This document shows positions 16,751 through 26,147 of a stretch of DNA of 34,456 nucleotides, piece by piece (the stretch's first letter is position 1; the number at the start of each line of letters is the position of its first letter). Made by a program: the position numbers and the translations under genes. Under the pieces are notes generated by a model. The model did not search any database. It was not told the origin of the DNA and worked only from the letters and a program-made list of their open reading frames with translations. Source of the stretch: Candidatus Woesebacteria bacterium RBG_13_46_13 (GTDB taxonomy: Bacteria; Patescibacteriota; Microgenomatia; UBA8517); the NCBI GenBank assembly GCA_001791995.1, contig MGFR01000002.1, positions 1 to 34,456 on the forward strand. Direction: 5' to 3'.

Positions 16751-18352
16751 ATGGAAGTAGTGGAAACAGAATCTGAACGTGAGCCTGTCGAGATACTGCC
16801 TTCGAATATTGGAGAGATGAAGCCGGGGGAAGTAGTGCCTATTCTAACCCGTGCAGCTTCCAGAATAGACATCGTCAGACCCAAAAACGATTTTTGGAAC
16901 GGAATGAAGGAAAACCTAAGAGGTGCTGCAGCCTACCTCGAGGCGCAGAAATCCAAAATCGCCTCAAAGACCTTTAGGGTTGTAGCAGGAGCATCTTTGG
17001 TTGCGACAATGGTTTCTGCCTGTGCAAGATCGGTCGAAACCGCAAATATCCCTCCGGAAACTTTACCCATTGCAACCGAGGTATTCCCAACTTCTGAATT
17101 AACTCCCGTGCCGACAGAGATTCCTTCCGCCACTCCCGAGATTGTTCCCACGATCATCGCAGCGCAGTTTGAATATGATTTCGATTCCGAACGGCCGGGG
17201 TACATTCCAGCCGAGCTTGCGGAAACAGGAATAACCGGGGAGGTGGTCTTTAATGAAGCCCGAAGCGCAGGAGGGACAATCGTAACCGAAGTTGCTAAGG
17301 ATGAGGGCTTTGTCCCTCTTGCCGTAGAGGGTGGGATTCTCAGTGCAGAAGGCGGGAGCGCCACTTTTCTTCCGCATCCGGCAGAGATGCTCTACGAGAA
17401 TAGCCAGGGAGTACTCCAAAGTCTACGCTTTTCCCAAGAAGATTCGGGACAGGGATATGCTGCCTATGTTGATGAAAGTGGCATAGTAAAGCTAAGAATG
17501 CTGACCGTTCTCCCCACGCCCCCAGAGGGTGATTACATGGCAGCTGTCAGTTACGACCAGGAAGACAGGGGGGTGGTCTATGCGCTAAGAATGGGAAGCA
17601 CGGGAAGGATAACGGAAAGGACGCCAATCGTGTTTGCGGAGGATGGGCAAATACAAACCGATTTAGTAGACGGAAGATTGAGAATTTTTATCGACGGTCA
17701 AAGAATGCTAATGACAGAGGGAAACTTTGAAACGCCGGAAAGAGGGCTTATCGGTTACCCGATCGATTTAGGCAGGATTCCTGAATTGACTTCCCCGTTA
17801 AGCCCCGAGCAGACGGATAGCATGAGATTTGTCGGTAGCGATGGCAGAGCTTTAGCTTATGGAGTTTTTAATGTCGAAACCTCCGACGGTTGGGGGATTT
17901 GGGAGTTGCACGGCATCTTTAGGGGTGAGATTCCCGCGGAATTGTTCCCCGAAGAATATCAAGCAGGGGTAGACGGCTTCCTTTTTGAGATTCCGACCGA
18001 AAGATGGGACGCGCAAAGCGGCAGGTTTGTAAGAGCCGGTGAGTCGCAGTTTATAATTATTAATTCCTTAAGAGACCCCACTTCCGAGCCTGTGGAAGTA
18101 TATTTTCTGGACGGAAACGATGTTGGCCAAAACCCGCCTGCGAGGATGATTTCCCGCCCCGAAGTTACGGAAACTCTCAGGGGGGTAACCCCCGGATCAT
18201 CCGTCATTATCGGAAAACAATTTATCTACGATCCAACAATGGCGGGCTATAACGATTACGACTCGGCAACAATTCCATTATTGGAAGATGGTGTTCCTAC
18301 GGTTAATACCTATGACGGAATTACGCCCAGCACTCTTTATCTTTCCCGATAA
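16751..18352 (+). CDS. Acidic hypothetical protein, possible lipoprotein with long N-terminal extension
   Basis: Hydrophobic stretch ending in lipobox-like VVAGASLVATMVSAC about 90 aa after ATG 16751, then a Pro/Thr/Glu-rich linker. TATAAT at 16718-16723. Confidence 0.7.
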   Translation: MEVVETESEREPVEILPSNIGEMKPGEVVPILTRAASRIDIVRPKNDFWNGMKENLRGAAAYLEAQKSKIASKTFRVVAGASLVATMVSACARSVETANIPPETLPIATEVFPTSELTPVPTEIPSATPEIVPTIIAAQFEYDFDSERPGYIPAELAETGITGEVVFNEARSAGGTIVTEVAKDEGFVPLAVEGGILSAEGGSATFLPHPAEMLYENSQGVLQSLRFSQEDSGQGYAAYVDESGIVKLRMLTVLPTPPEGDYMAAVSYDQEDRGVVYALRMGSTGRITERTPIVFAEDGQIQTDLVDGRLRIFIDGQRMLMTEGNFETPERGLIGYPIDLGRIPELTSPLSPEQTDSMRFVGSDGRALAYGVFNVETSDGWGIWELHGIFRGEIPAELFPEEYQAGVDGFLFEIPTERWDAQSGRFVRAGESQFIIINSLRDPTSEPVEVYFLDGNDVGQNPPARMISRPEVTETLRGVTPGSSVIIGKQFIYDPTMAGYNDYDSATIPLLEDGVPTVNTYDGITPSTLYLSR

Positions 18353-18384
18353 ATTTGTTATCTTTTGATAAGAAGGATTTACCC

Positions 18385-18996
18385 ATGCCCAAAAAACTTC
18401 TTTTTATACTCCTTTTAGTTAGCTGTGTATTGCTGGCGGCTACGGTAGGCTATATCGTCTACAGACTGAGGCAGGGTGAGATTTCGCGGGAGAATGCCTA
18501 CAAGGGAGGCTTGATTACACAAAAGGAAAATTTGGCCTTAAGCCCCATCGAGAAGTTTTCGAATCCCCAGGGAGCTTTTTATAGAATTAAAGGGAGTTTT
18601 GCAAACGAACTAAAATTGGCTGAAGGCAGGCAAGATAATGCTCTGGCTGGCGAGTTCATTCTTAGGGGAGATACCCTGAAGCGGAAACTTCCGGTCCTTC
18701 TCGGCCTTGGAAACGGCTCTTTTTCTCTGGCAACGTATGACGGTTCATTTGATGGTCAATCTACCTGGGTGCAGGTTAAAACCCAGGACGGGACGGGACA
18801 ACTTATTGCAGGGGAAGAGGTTTTGCTAATGGTAGAATATCTTTTCCCCGGTGTTTCTCAATTGCCGGATTATTTCTTTAAAGAGCAGGACGTTTTCGAC
18901 AGTCTATCCGATGATATCGGCCTGGGGAAATTCAGCTATAATATTCCGAGTGATTTTGTTCTTTATCCGACCGCAGTCGGAATTATTAAAAAATGA
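18385..18996 (+). CDS. Single-TM membrane-anchored hypothetical protein
   Basis: AAGGA then ATG 18385; MPKKLLFILLLVSCVLLAATVGYIVY; stop overlaps the next start. Confidence 0.75.
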   Translation: MPKKLLFILLLVSCVLLAATVGYIVYRLRQGEISRENAYKGGLITQKENLALSPIEKFSNPQGAFYRIKGSFANELKLAEGRQDNALAGEFILRGDTLKRKLPVLLGLGNGSFSLATYDGSFDGQSTWVQVKTQDGTGQLIAGEEVLLMVEYLFPGVSQLPDYFFKEQDVFDSLSDDIGLGKFSYNIPSDFVLYPTAVGIIKK

Positions 18997-20600
18997 AAGC
19001 TCTAAATAAATTTGGGCATTGGCTGTTTTTACTCTTGCCCTTGTTTCTCGTTTTTTCAACAAAAGCTGTCTATGCGCAGATAGAACCTCACCCCGCTTGC
19101 CCTTCGGGACAAGCGTGTTATTTAACCAGGGTAATAAACCAACATACCTGCACTACCTGCCCCAAAGCCTGGTTGTGTACGGGAAATCCCAGCAGGGCTT
19201 GTTACAATGCTCTGCACGGAACAGGAGACAATAGTCTATGTTTAGGTCAAGGGCCGTGTAGGTATATGTGTATACCCGGGCGCGAAAACGAAGGAGGCTG
19301 CGTCGCATTCTCGGCAACCGTTCCCTGCAATACGGCAGGAGTATGCAGAACCACTATTAAATTTACAAGCTGTACATACGACACGGGTAGCGGAGCCTGC
19401 GCCGTAAACCCAGTAGAATACATGGGCTGTTGCGGGCCGGGAAGCGGAACCCCGACAGGAACTGCACCACCTACTCCTACGCCATCCTGTACGGTTGATT
19501 TGCTACCCGCAACTGCTCCCACGTCGGTAGGCAGCGCGGTTACCTTAACGGCATCAGTCACGATAGGGAGCGGGACGGTAGATAGTGTGAATTTTGTCTC
19601 GACCGATACGGGAATAGCAACGGTAAATCCGGCTTCCGATAGTACGGCAGTTTATTCCACGCAGGCAACGGGGGTTGCAAACGGTACAACTACGGTTACC
19701 GCTAATGTGATAATGGGAGGGGCATCAAGGTGTTCCGATACTGCCTCGGTTGAAGTGTTGGCAGCCGGTCCCTGGTGGCAGGTTAGGGATGCGGACGTAA
19801 CCAGCGGGGGGGATGTTGTTTCACCGATTCCGGCAACCTGTAGCTTGCCCGTTTGTGATCCGGTATTAAACCTGCAGGGTACCGGAGGCTTTCCTGGTAT
19901 TGCCTTATATTCCGGTCTAACCGCCGATTTCCAGGCGGGGAGCGGTACGGGGACGGTGGCGGAGGCTCCTTACGGCTGGCTGGTAAATAGCAGCTATTCC
20001 AGCTCCAAGATTTACGATCTTTCCTATTTTCTGCGCCAGATTCCACCCGATGTGACCTTTACCGAAATTGACAGCCCAACCTACAACGGGGGAGATTTTA
20101 ACTCCGGAGGAAGCCCGGCCAGGGGCTATGTCTGGTATCACTATAACGGCGCAACCTTGGGAGACATGACGATTTCAGGAAATGTCAACTTAACCGGCTC
20201 GAGGAAAGTAGTGCTTCTTGTTGAAGGAGCGGATCTTTATATAACCGGCAGGATTAATATCCAATCTTACGGCAGCGGCTATTTTATGGTTGTTGTGGGC
20301 AAAGACGCAAACGGCCTGAAGGGAAATATCATCGTTGACCCGTCGGTTTCTCACCCCACACAGCCTTCGATAGAAGGAGTGTATTTGGCGGAGGGGGAGT
20401 TTAGGACCGGTGCGGGGACCAACCAGCTTCGGGTCAGGGGAGCGGTTGCCGCATATGACGGAATTGTTTTAGAGAGAGATTTGGAAGCGGAGAATGCTGA
20501 TACCCCGGCAGAATATTTCGAATACGCACCAGATATTATCGCCACTTTTCCCCAGGTCTTCACCTCAAGAAGAATGAGGTGGAAAGAAGTAGCCCCATAG
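18993..20600 (+). CDS. Secreted protein: Cys-rich N-domain, Pro/Thr linker, Ig-like (Big_2-like) domain, C-terminal beta-rich domain
   Basis: Signal peptide ending AVYA; Cys-rich first ~150 aa; PTGTAPPTPTP; SVTIGSGTVDSVNFVSTDTGIATV...ATGVANGTTTVTA; PWWQVRDADV C-terminal domain. Confidence 0.8.
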   Translation: MKALNKFGHWLFLLLPLFLVFSTKAVYAQIEPHPACPSGQACYLTRVINQHTCTTCPKAWLCTGNPSRACYNALHGTGDNSLCLGQGPCRYMCIPGRENEGGCVAFSATVPCNTAGVCRTTIKFTSCTYDTGSGACAVNPVEYMGCCGPGSGTPTGTAPPTPTPSCTVDLLPATAPTSVGSAVTLTASVTIGSGTVDSVNFVSTDTGIATVNPASDSTAVYSTQATGVANGTTTVTANVIMGGASRCSDTASVEVLAAGPWWQVRDADVTSGGDVVSPIPATCSLPVCDPVLNLQGTGGFPGIALYSGLTADFQAGSGTGTVAEAPYGWLVNSSYSSSKIYDLSYFLRQIPPDVTFTEIDSPTYNGGDFNSGGSPARGYVWYHYNGATLGDMTISGNVNLTGSRKVVLLVEGADLYITGRINIQSYGSGYFMVVVGKDANGLKGNIIVDPSVSHPTQPSIEGVYLAEGEFRTGAGTNQLRVRGAVAAYDGIVLERDLEAENADTPAEYFEYAPDIIATFPQVFTSRRMRWKEVAP

Positions 20601-20642
20601 AGTTCTGCAGGAGGTTAGAATAACAAAACGAAGAAGGCTACT

Positions 20643-21359
20643 CTATCTGCACTCCATTGTGGTGGTGGTGGTTCCGCTTCCGGTGCAGCTGACGCAGTTT
20701 CCGTATTCGTCGTTATTCCTGGTGGCTGATGCGTAGCCGGCGTTGATGCCGGTTGTTCCGCAGGCCGTACCTTCTCCGCTTGCGTCTATATAATCACAGG
20801 TGACGCTACAGGCACTGCAAACGGGCGAGGTGCAACTCAACCTTCTTTTGGTTGTTGCACTGTCGCAGTTATAGTCATAACTTTCATCGCCTCTATCGTC
20901 CGCATAGTAAGTAGTTTGACCCGGTTTTGCGTTGGCGCTTGAGTCGTAGCAATCTGCGGTGGATAAACTCGTCAGATCGCTTACGCTGCGGCGACCTGCG
21001 GCCGACTCAAAATATTTGGTAGTTGTACTGGCGGGGTACCCATCAGAATCCGCATCCAGCATATAAACCGTTGTTGTACCCGGCTTAAGCGAGGCGCCTG
21101 TGGCGACCACCATTGTTCCACCGGTCAAAAGAAACGAGGTTGCTCCGACGGAGTAGCCGTTAAGAAGGGTTAACGTTCCGCCTGTAGATATTGTGATGGA
21201 GCCGTTTATTCCATCGGTTGTATTAGAAAAAGAGAATGACGTAGACACAACGCAGGAAGAAGTACTAGTCGCGGTGCATTCCGCGGCATCTGCATTTGAG
21301 GCAAAAAGGAAAAAACCGGCAACGAAAAGAATAAATGTGGCAATTTTCTTCATAATCAT
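20643..21359 (-). CDS. Secreted Thr/Cys-rich protein with a putative metal-binding (MopE-like) motif
   Basis: Signal peptide (ADA-AEC); LDADSDGY...DCYDSSANAKPG...DYNCD; Cys-rich C-terminus. Confidence 0.75.
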   Translation of the reverse strand: MIMKKIATFILFVAGFFLFASNADAAECTATSTSSCVVSTSFSFSNTTDGINGSITISTGGTLTLLNGYSVGATSFLLTGGTMVVATGASLKPGTTTVYMLDADSDGYPASTTTKYFESAAGRRSVSDLTSLSTADCYDSSANAKPGQTTYYADDRGDESYDYNCDSATTKRRLSCTSPVCSACSVTCDYIDASGEGTACGTTGINAGYASATRNNDEYGNCVSCTGSGTTTTTMECR

Positions 21360-21895
21360 CTGATCACCATTTCAAACGACGATTTGCCTGTTCCGCTTAC
21401 CCCTTCCAAGATAAGATGGTAATACTCGTCGTAGCCTCCGGAGAACATCCATGAACCTTCCCATCTGCCCTTTAAGTTTGTTCCGTCTACCAAAGAAAAC
21501 TGCACCGACTTGGTTTTATCGTTCATCTTGACGGTTGCGGTGACCGAGGTAATTGGCTTGGTGTCGTTAACCTCTACGCTGAAGGTTTGTTTTTGCAAAA
21601 GCCTGGGGTCGATGGGGTCGATTATCAGCTTGGTCATTTTCGGCCAGGCGTCTTGGCTCATACTTACCCCAAATTCCTGTTTCCCCGTTCCAATGGGGCG
21701 GGGAGTCGGCTTGGGAGTGGGAGTTGGTGTTATACTGACCACTCCGGTCGGGAGTCCGGTTATTTTTCTGACCGGTTCAGGCAGTTGCCCTTGACCCGCA
21801 AAGTATGTATAACCCAAATAGCCTACTGCGGCAACGGCGATGATAATAAAGAAGCTCAACAATAATTTATTTAAAGGGAGTTTTTTGAATTTCAA
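21356..21895 (-). CDS. Single-TM protein with Pro/Thr linker and Ig-like beta domain
   Basis: TM LLLSFFIIIAVAAVGYLGY; ITPTPTPKPTP. Start uncertain: TTG 21895 after AGAGGA, or 21943 in the ORF track. Confidence 0.7.
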   Translation of the reverse strand: MKFKKLPLNKLLLSFFIIIAVAAVGYLGYTYFAGQGQLPEPVRKITGLPTGVVSITPTPTPKPTPRPIGTGKQEFGVSMSQDAWPKMTKLIIDPIDPRLLQKQTFSVEVNDTKPITSVTATVKMNDKTKSVQFSLVDGTNLKGRWEGSWMFSGGYDEYYHLILEGVSGTGKSSFEMVIR

Positions 21896-21949
21896 ATTAT
21901 TATCCTCTACATTATTATTGATACAAATTTTCCGGAAAGTCAATAAAAC

Positions 21950-23257
21950 GTGCTGAAATTAATCAAACAAAATTCCGTCTTGGCGCTTACGCTGTTGGCT
22001 ATTTTTTTGGTTAAAATTCCCCCTTTTTATTTTCTCGGAATCACTAGTACCTTATTAACTAGTCATACGCTGGCCCGCTATCTAATCTTTGCTATTTTCC
22101 TTTTTAGTGCTTGGCAGGTTTTCTTCGGGAAGGGAAAAGCTATCCCGCAGAGCGGGAAAAATCTTATTCTTCTCTTTTTGGCCTATTTTTTCTTCCAGTC
22201 GTTTTCGGTTGTCGGGGCCGAGAGTGTCGAGGCCTTTGCCAGGGTCTATAAAGACATCGTTTTTCCCGGGTTTTTCCTTTTCGTGGTTTTATTCCAAAGC
22301 GGAATTGCCAGGGGTTTGGCCAAGATTTTTGTTGCCGCAGGTATCATCAACTTCTTTTACCAGATGGCGATACTTCTTGTGCCTTCCGCCTTCAGGCTTT
22401 TCGGGGAGCGCTTTATCTATAGCGAACATTTCCAGCTGGTGGATATCAATATCCAAAGAGGCCGGCTTTTTGTCGAAACCTATGACGAGATTGCTATCCC
22501 GGTTTTACTTTTTCTTCTGTTCAAAGAAAAAAGAAGCAAAGTCCGGCTAGGTTACATTTTGGTCCTGACGATGATTATCGTACCCAGCTTACTTTCCAAT
22601 TTCAGAACCAGGTTCTTGATGCTTTTCTTTGCCTTGGCTGCCTCTTTCTTGATAGTTGTTGGGGGGAGGCTTAAGGCCAAGCTGACCCTTATCGGTTCTC
22701 TTTTTGTCCTGGGATTTGTCGCGCACTCCGTTTCGGTTTACTTTTTTGGGTTTTCATTCCTAAACAGACTGGCGCTTGAGGACCCCGGGGAGGATGTCCA
22801 GACCATCCAGTCCAGATTCGCCAACATTAAAGCCTCTCTCGATATGGGACTGGCCCGTCCTTTAAGCGGGGTGGGGCTGAATAATTACTATTTTCATCTG
22901 TCCGAAGGCAGAAAGGGCCTTTTTTCGATTTCCCTTAATCTGGCCAGGCAGCGTGAGGCGGAATTTGCTTCGGTGAATCCCCACAATATCTTTGCCCAGA
23001 TTGTCTCCGAGACCGGATTGGTAAGCCTTGGCCTTTACCTTTTTATCCTGGGGTTTTTTGCCAAAGGCGATATCGGTATCGTCAAAGGCAAGGACGGACT
23101 GAAAAAATCTCTGGCAATTTCTTTCTGGACTCTATTTATATACTCGATTTTTAACCCCACCACCACACTGGCCTATAATTCTCTTTTCTGGATTTTGCGG
23201 GCCGCCCTTACTCAAGACTTACCACTTCGAAGTCCCGGAAATCGAAGTTTGGGGTAG
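21950..23257 (+). CDS. O-antigen ligase/O-oligosaccharyltransferase-like membrane protein, type A copy 2
   Basis: IPPFYF...HTLAR, VETYDEIAIP, SNFRTR, PLSGVGLNNY, NPHNIFAQ..SETG, NPTTTLAYNSLFW; all shared with 8362-9642. Confidence 0.85.
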   Translation: MLKLIKQNSVLALTLLAIFLVKIPPFYFLGITSTLLTSHTLARYLIFAIFLFSAWQVFFGKGKAIPQSGKNLILLFLAYFFFQSFSVVGAESVEAFARVYKDIVFPGFFLFVVLFQSGIARGLAKIFVAAGIINFFYQMAILLVPSAFRLFGERFIYSEHFQLVDINIQRGRLFVETYDEIAIPVLLFLLFKEKRSKVRLGYILVLTMIIVPSLLSNFRTRFLMLFFALAASFLIVVGGRLKAKLTLIGSLFVLGFVAHSVSVYFFGFSFLNRLALEDPGEDVQTIQSRFANIKASLDMGLARPLSGVGLNNYYFHLSEGRKGLFSISLNLARQREAEFASVNPHNIFAQIVSETGLVSLGLYLFILGFFAKGDIGIVKGKDGLKKSLAISFWTLFIYSIFNPTTTLAYNSLFWILRAALTQDLPLRSPGNRSLG

Positions 23258-24011
23258 ACACCGAAAAGGTCGCTCCCGGCCTGACCGCCTTTTCTTCTCC
23301 GAAAAAATAAAATCCGTCTGCGTATTTAAGCTTTATACTCGCCAGAACGGAAATTTCCAGGGTTGAGCCGGTAGGCAGGACCAAATATCTATCTTCACCC
23401 AGAGTTTTTGAGATATTGGAATAACCCAAAACGTTTTTGGAGATGACCTTAAAAACAACCTCTTTTCCGTCCGAAAATTCATCGCCGATATTTATGGCGT
23501 TATACTCCCAGCGGTAAGCCGGAATTTTTCTCAAGAGCACTTTCTTGTCGACATATTTTTCTTCGAAGGGATTCTCGTTCATATCGATGACAGTTCCGGT
23601 AACCAAAGAACGGTTCAGTTCCAGCTCGATGGGTGAGCCGACGGAGAGGGGGGAGTTTTTGAAAGAATATTTTCCGCCCTTTCCGGATGAGGCCAGTTTT
23701 AGAGTCAGATAGATATTGTATTTATCTTCAATGTCGGGATAATATCTGACATCCGTAACTTGAGCAATGGTTCTGCCCAGAAGATCGTGTTCGGAATCAC
23801 CCCTGCTTATCGCTTTGGCGAACCAAAAGGCGGGTTTTTGGGTGGAGGCCCACCATAGTCCCTGGGCGACCTTGACCTTGGCATAAACGAAATTTTCTTT
23901 GGGGGTCAGAATTTTGAGAACGATAAAGGTGGCGGTGATAACCAGAATTCCGAGAAACAAAGTAATGGCAAAAAGGGAAAATCTTTGCTTTTTGTTTTTG
24001 GGTAAGTTCAC
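23208..24011 (-). CDS. Membrane-anchored hypothetical protein (DUF4330-like), copy 2
   Basis: Paralog of 11715-12527; GTG start. Confidence 0.65.
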   Translation of the reverse strand: MNLPKNKKQRFSLFAITLFLGILVITATFIVLKILTPKENFVYAKVKVAQGLWWASTQKPAFWFAKAISRGDSEHDLLGRTIAQVTDVRYYPDIEDKYNIYLTLKLASSGKGGKYSFKNSPLSVGSPIELELNRSLVTGTVIDMNENPFEEKYVDKKVLLRKIPAYRWEYNAINIGDEFSDGKEVVFKVISKNVLGYSNISKTLGEDRYLVLPTGSTLEISVLASIKLKYADGFYFFGEEKAVRPGATFSVSTPNFDFRDFEVVSLE

Positions 24012-24047
24012 TTTAATAAGGCTGATGATATTATATATTGATTAGCC

Positions 24048-26147
24048 ATGCAAACTAACATTTTCGAGAGATTCTTGGCCGTGGTTCTTTTAATTCTTTC
24101 TTTGCCGCTACTTGGCCTCTTTTGGATTTTGATGCTGTTGGAGGACAAAGGACCTTTGTTCTTTCGTCAGAAAAGACTGGGCAAGGGCAAGACCCCCTTT
24201 GTCATTTACAAAGTCAGGACCATGGTAGTCGGGGCGGATAAACTGCAGAAAAAATATCGGGGGTTAAACGAGGCCGATACTCCGGTTTTTAAGATATATA
24301 ACGACCCGAGATATACCAGACTGGGGAAGTTTCTGGCCCATACGGGCTTAGATGAGTTGCCCCAGCTAATCAATATTATTAAAGGGGAGATGAAGTTTGT
24401 CGGTCCCCGGCCGCTACCGGATTACGAAGCGGTAAAGGTGCCCCAAAAATATCAAAAGCGCTTTTCGGTCTACCCAGGAATTACTTCGCTCTGGATTGTT
24501 CAGGGGGCCCATAACCTCTCATTTAAGCGCTGGATGGAATTGGATTTACAGGAAGTGGAGAATGGTAGTTTTTGGCTGTCATTAACTATCGCCTGGGGAA
24601 CAATGCGCATAATTGTCTCTTCGCTAATTAGGAAATTACAGAAATATTTCCCGGCGGTTCTGCTTCTTTTGGTTATTTCTCTCGGTTTGGCTCTGCGGAT
24701 TGATCAGGTGGTTGGGAAAACCCTCTGGGGGGATGAGGTGCTGTATTTTTCGACCGCAGACACAACTTTATTCGCCAATCTGTTTTTGCAGCGCTACGGG
24801 ATTGTTGATAACCCGCCTTTCTTTTTGATTTTCCTGAAAGCCTGGAGTTATATTTCGAAAGATATATTTTGGTTAAGAATACCCGGCTTAATAATCTTCT
24901 TGTTCTCGGCCAAGGTTCTTCTTTCCCTGTTTAAAAAAACGGGTAACGTGACAAAACTGATAGTTGTTTCCATATTCTCCCTGTCCACCTTTTTTCTCAG
25001 AATAAACTCCTGGATATCTCCTTATAACTTTGTTTTGCTTTTCAGCGTCCTACAGCTGTATCTCTTAATGAATTTCCTGGAAGGCAGGTATTTAAAAAAT
25101 CGCGGCTTTTTTATTCTGTCGTTTTCTTTGCTGAATCTTTTTCTTTTTGCCACGCATTACTCTTCGGTTTATGTTTTCGTGGGGTATTTGCCGATTTTAA
25201 TCTGGACCCTCTGGACAGACAAAAAACTTTTTCGGACATTTGCCTTATCCCTCATACTTTCCGGGTTATTAATGTTCCCCGTATTTTGTCTCTTGCTGGC
25301 AAGGCATAAAAGTATTGTCGGTATTGTTTATAACAATTCGCTGGCTTTAGAAACAAACGTTCTCGGGGCCTATTCATATATCCTGGACAGGTCGGTTCTT
25401 AGAATTAGGAATTGGTCCGTATCGACCACCTCCTTCATTTTGGTTTCGGCCCTGGCCATAGTTCCCTGGATTGCTAACAAGAAACTGCGAAGAGAGTACA
25501 TGCTTCTTCTTTTTTCGTTTTCTTTCTACATCCTGCCGGTTACGCTCTTTTATTTTCTGACCCAACCGGTTGCGGGGGCGAGAATTGAAAGAACTTTTCT
25601 GGTATTCCACCTCGGTTTGTACTTTTTGTTGGCCCAAGCCTTGGAGGTAACTAGAAAAACAAACAAACTACTTTTTGCCCTTTCAGCTTGTTCTTTGCTG
25701 GGTTTGTTTGCCGTTTCTTATCTTGCCCCGCCAAAGGGAATTTTTTATCTGCCCGGGAACGTAACGAATTTTAGGCTGGAGACCAAAGAATACGATATTT
25801 TCTTGAAAGCTCTTGGAGAAAAACTTGAGCAGGGTAATTACGATAGCGTTGTCTTTTTAGAGAAAAACATAGGCTATATCCAGCAGAAACAGATATTTTT
25901 GAAATACTATTTTATACACGATATGCATTTTAAGTTTGCCAGAGAAAAATATATTCCCTACCAAAATTTATGGGAGGTGCATAGCGGGGATTTAATTATC
26001 CCCGAAGATGTGAGAAACTCTCTTGGGAAAAATGTTCTATTGGTAAATTTTGAAGAAAAACTGGATAGGGCGATCGTTTTAAAACAACTAGCGGGAAAGA
26101 TATTAGAAACATTTGATTACTGGAAATATTTTTCAAACAGACCATGA
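24048..26147 (+). CDS. Fusion of a monotopic phosphoglycosyl transferase (PglC/WcaJ-type sugar transferase) and a GT-C (PMT/ArnT-like) multi-TM glycosyltransferase
   Basis: aa 1-190: FFRQKRLG, YKVRTM, DPRYTRLGKFL...LDELPQLINIIKGEM..VGPRP, PGIT. From ~aa 200: TM, LWGDE, DNPPFF, ~11 further TMs. Single uninterrupted 699-aa frame. Confidence 0.85.
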   Translation: MQTNIFERFLAVVLLILSLPLLGLFWILMLLEDKGPLFFRQKRLGKGKTPFVIYKVRTMVVGADKLQKKYRGLNEADTPVFKIYNDPRYTRLGKFLAHTGLDELPQLINIIKGEMKFVGPRPLPDYEAVKVPQKYQKRFSVYPGITSLWIVQGAHNLSFKRWMELDLQEVENGSFWLSLTIAWGTMRIIVSSLIRKLQKYFPAVLLLLVISLGLALRIDQVVGKTLWGDEVLYFSTADTTLFANLFLQRYGIVDNPPFFLIFLKAWSYISKDIFWLRIPGLIIFLFSAKVLLSLFKKTGNVTKLIVVSIFSLSTFFLRINSWISPYNFVLLFSVLQLYLLMNFLEGRYLKNRGFFILSFSLLNLFLFATHYSSVYVFVGYLPILIWTLWTDKKLFRTFALSLILSGLLMFPVFCLLLARHKSIVGIVYNNSLALETNVLGAYSYILDRSVLRIRNWSVSTTSFILVSALAIVPWIANKKLRREYMLLLFSFSFYILPVTLFYFLTQPVAGARIERTFLVFHLGLYFLLAQALEVTRKTNKLLFALSACSLLGLFAVSYLAPPKGIFYLPGNVTNFRLETKEYDIFLKALGEKLEQGNYDSVVFLEKNIGYIQQKQIFLKYYFIHDMHFKFAREKYIPYQNLWEVHSGDLIIPEDVRNSLGKNVLLVNFEEKLDRAIVLKQLAGKILETFDYWKYFSNRP

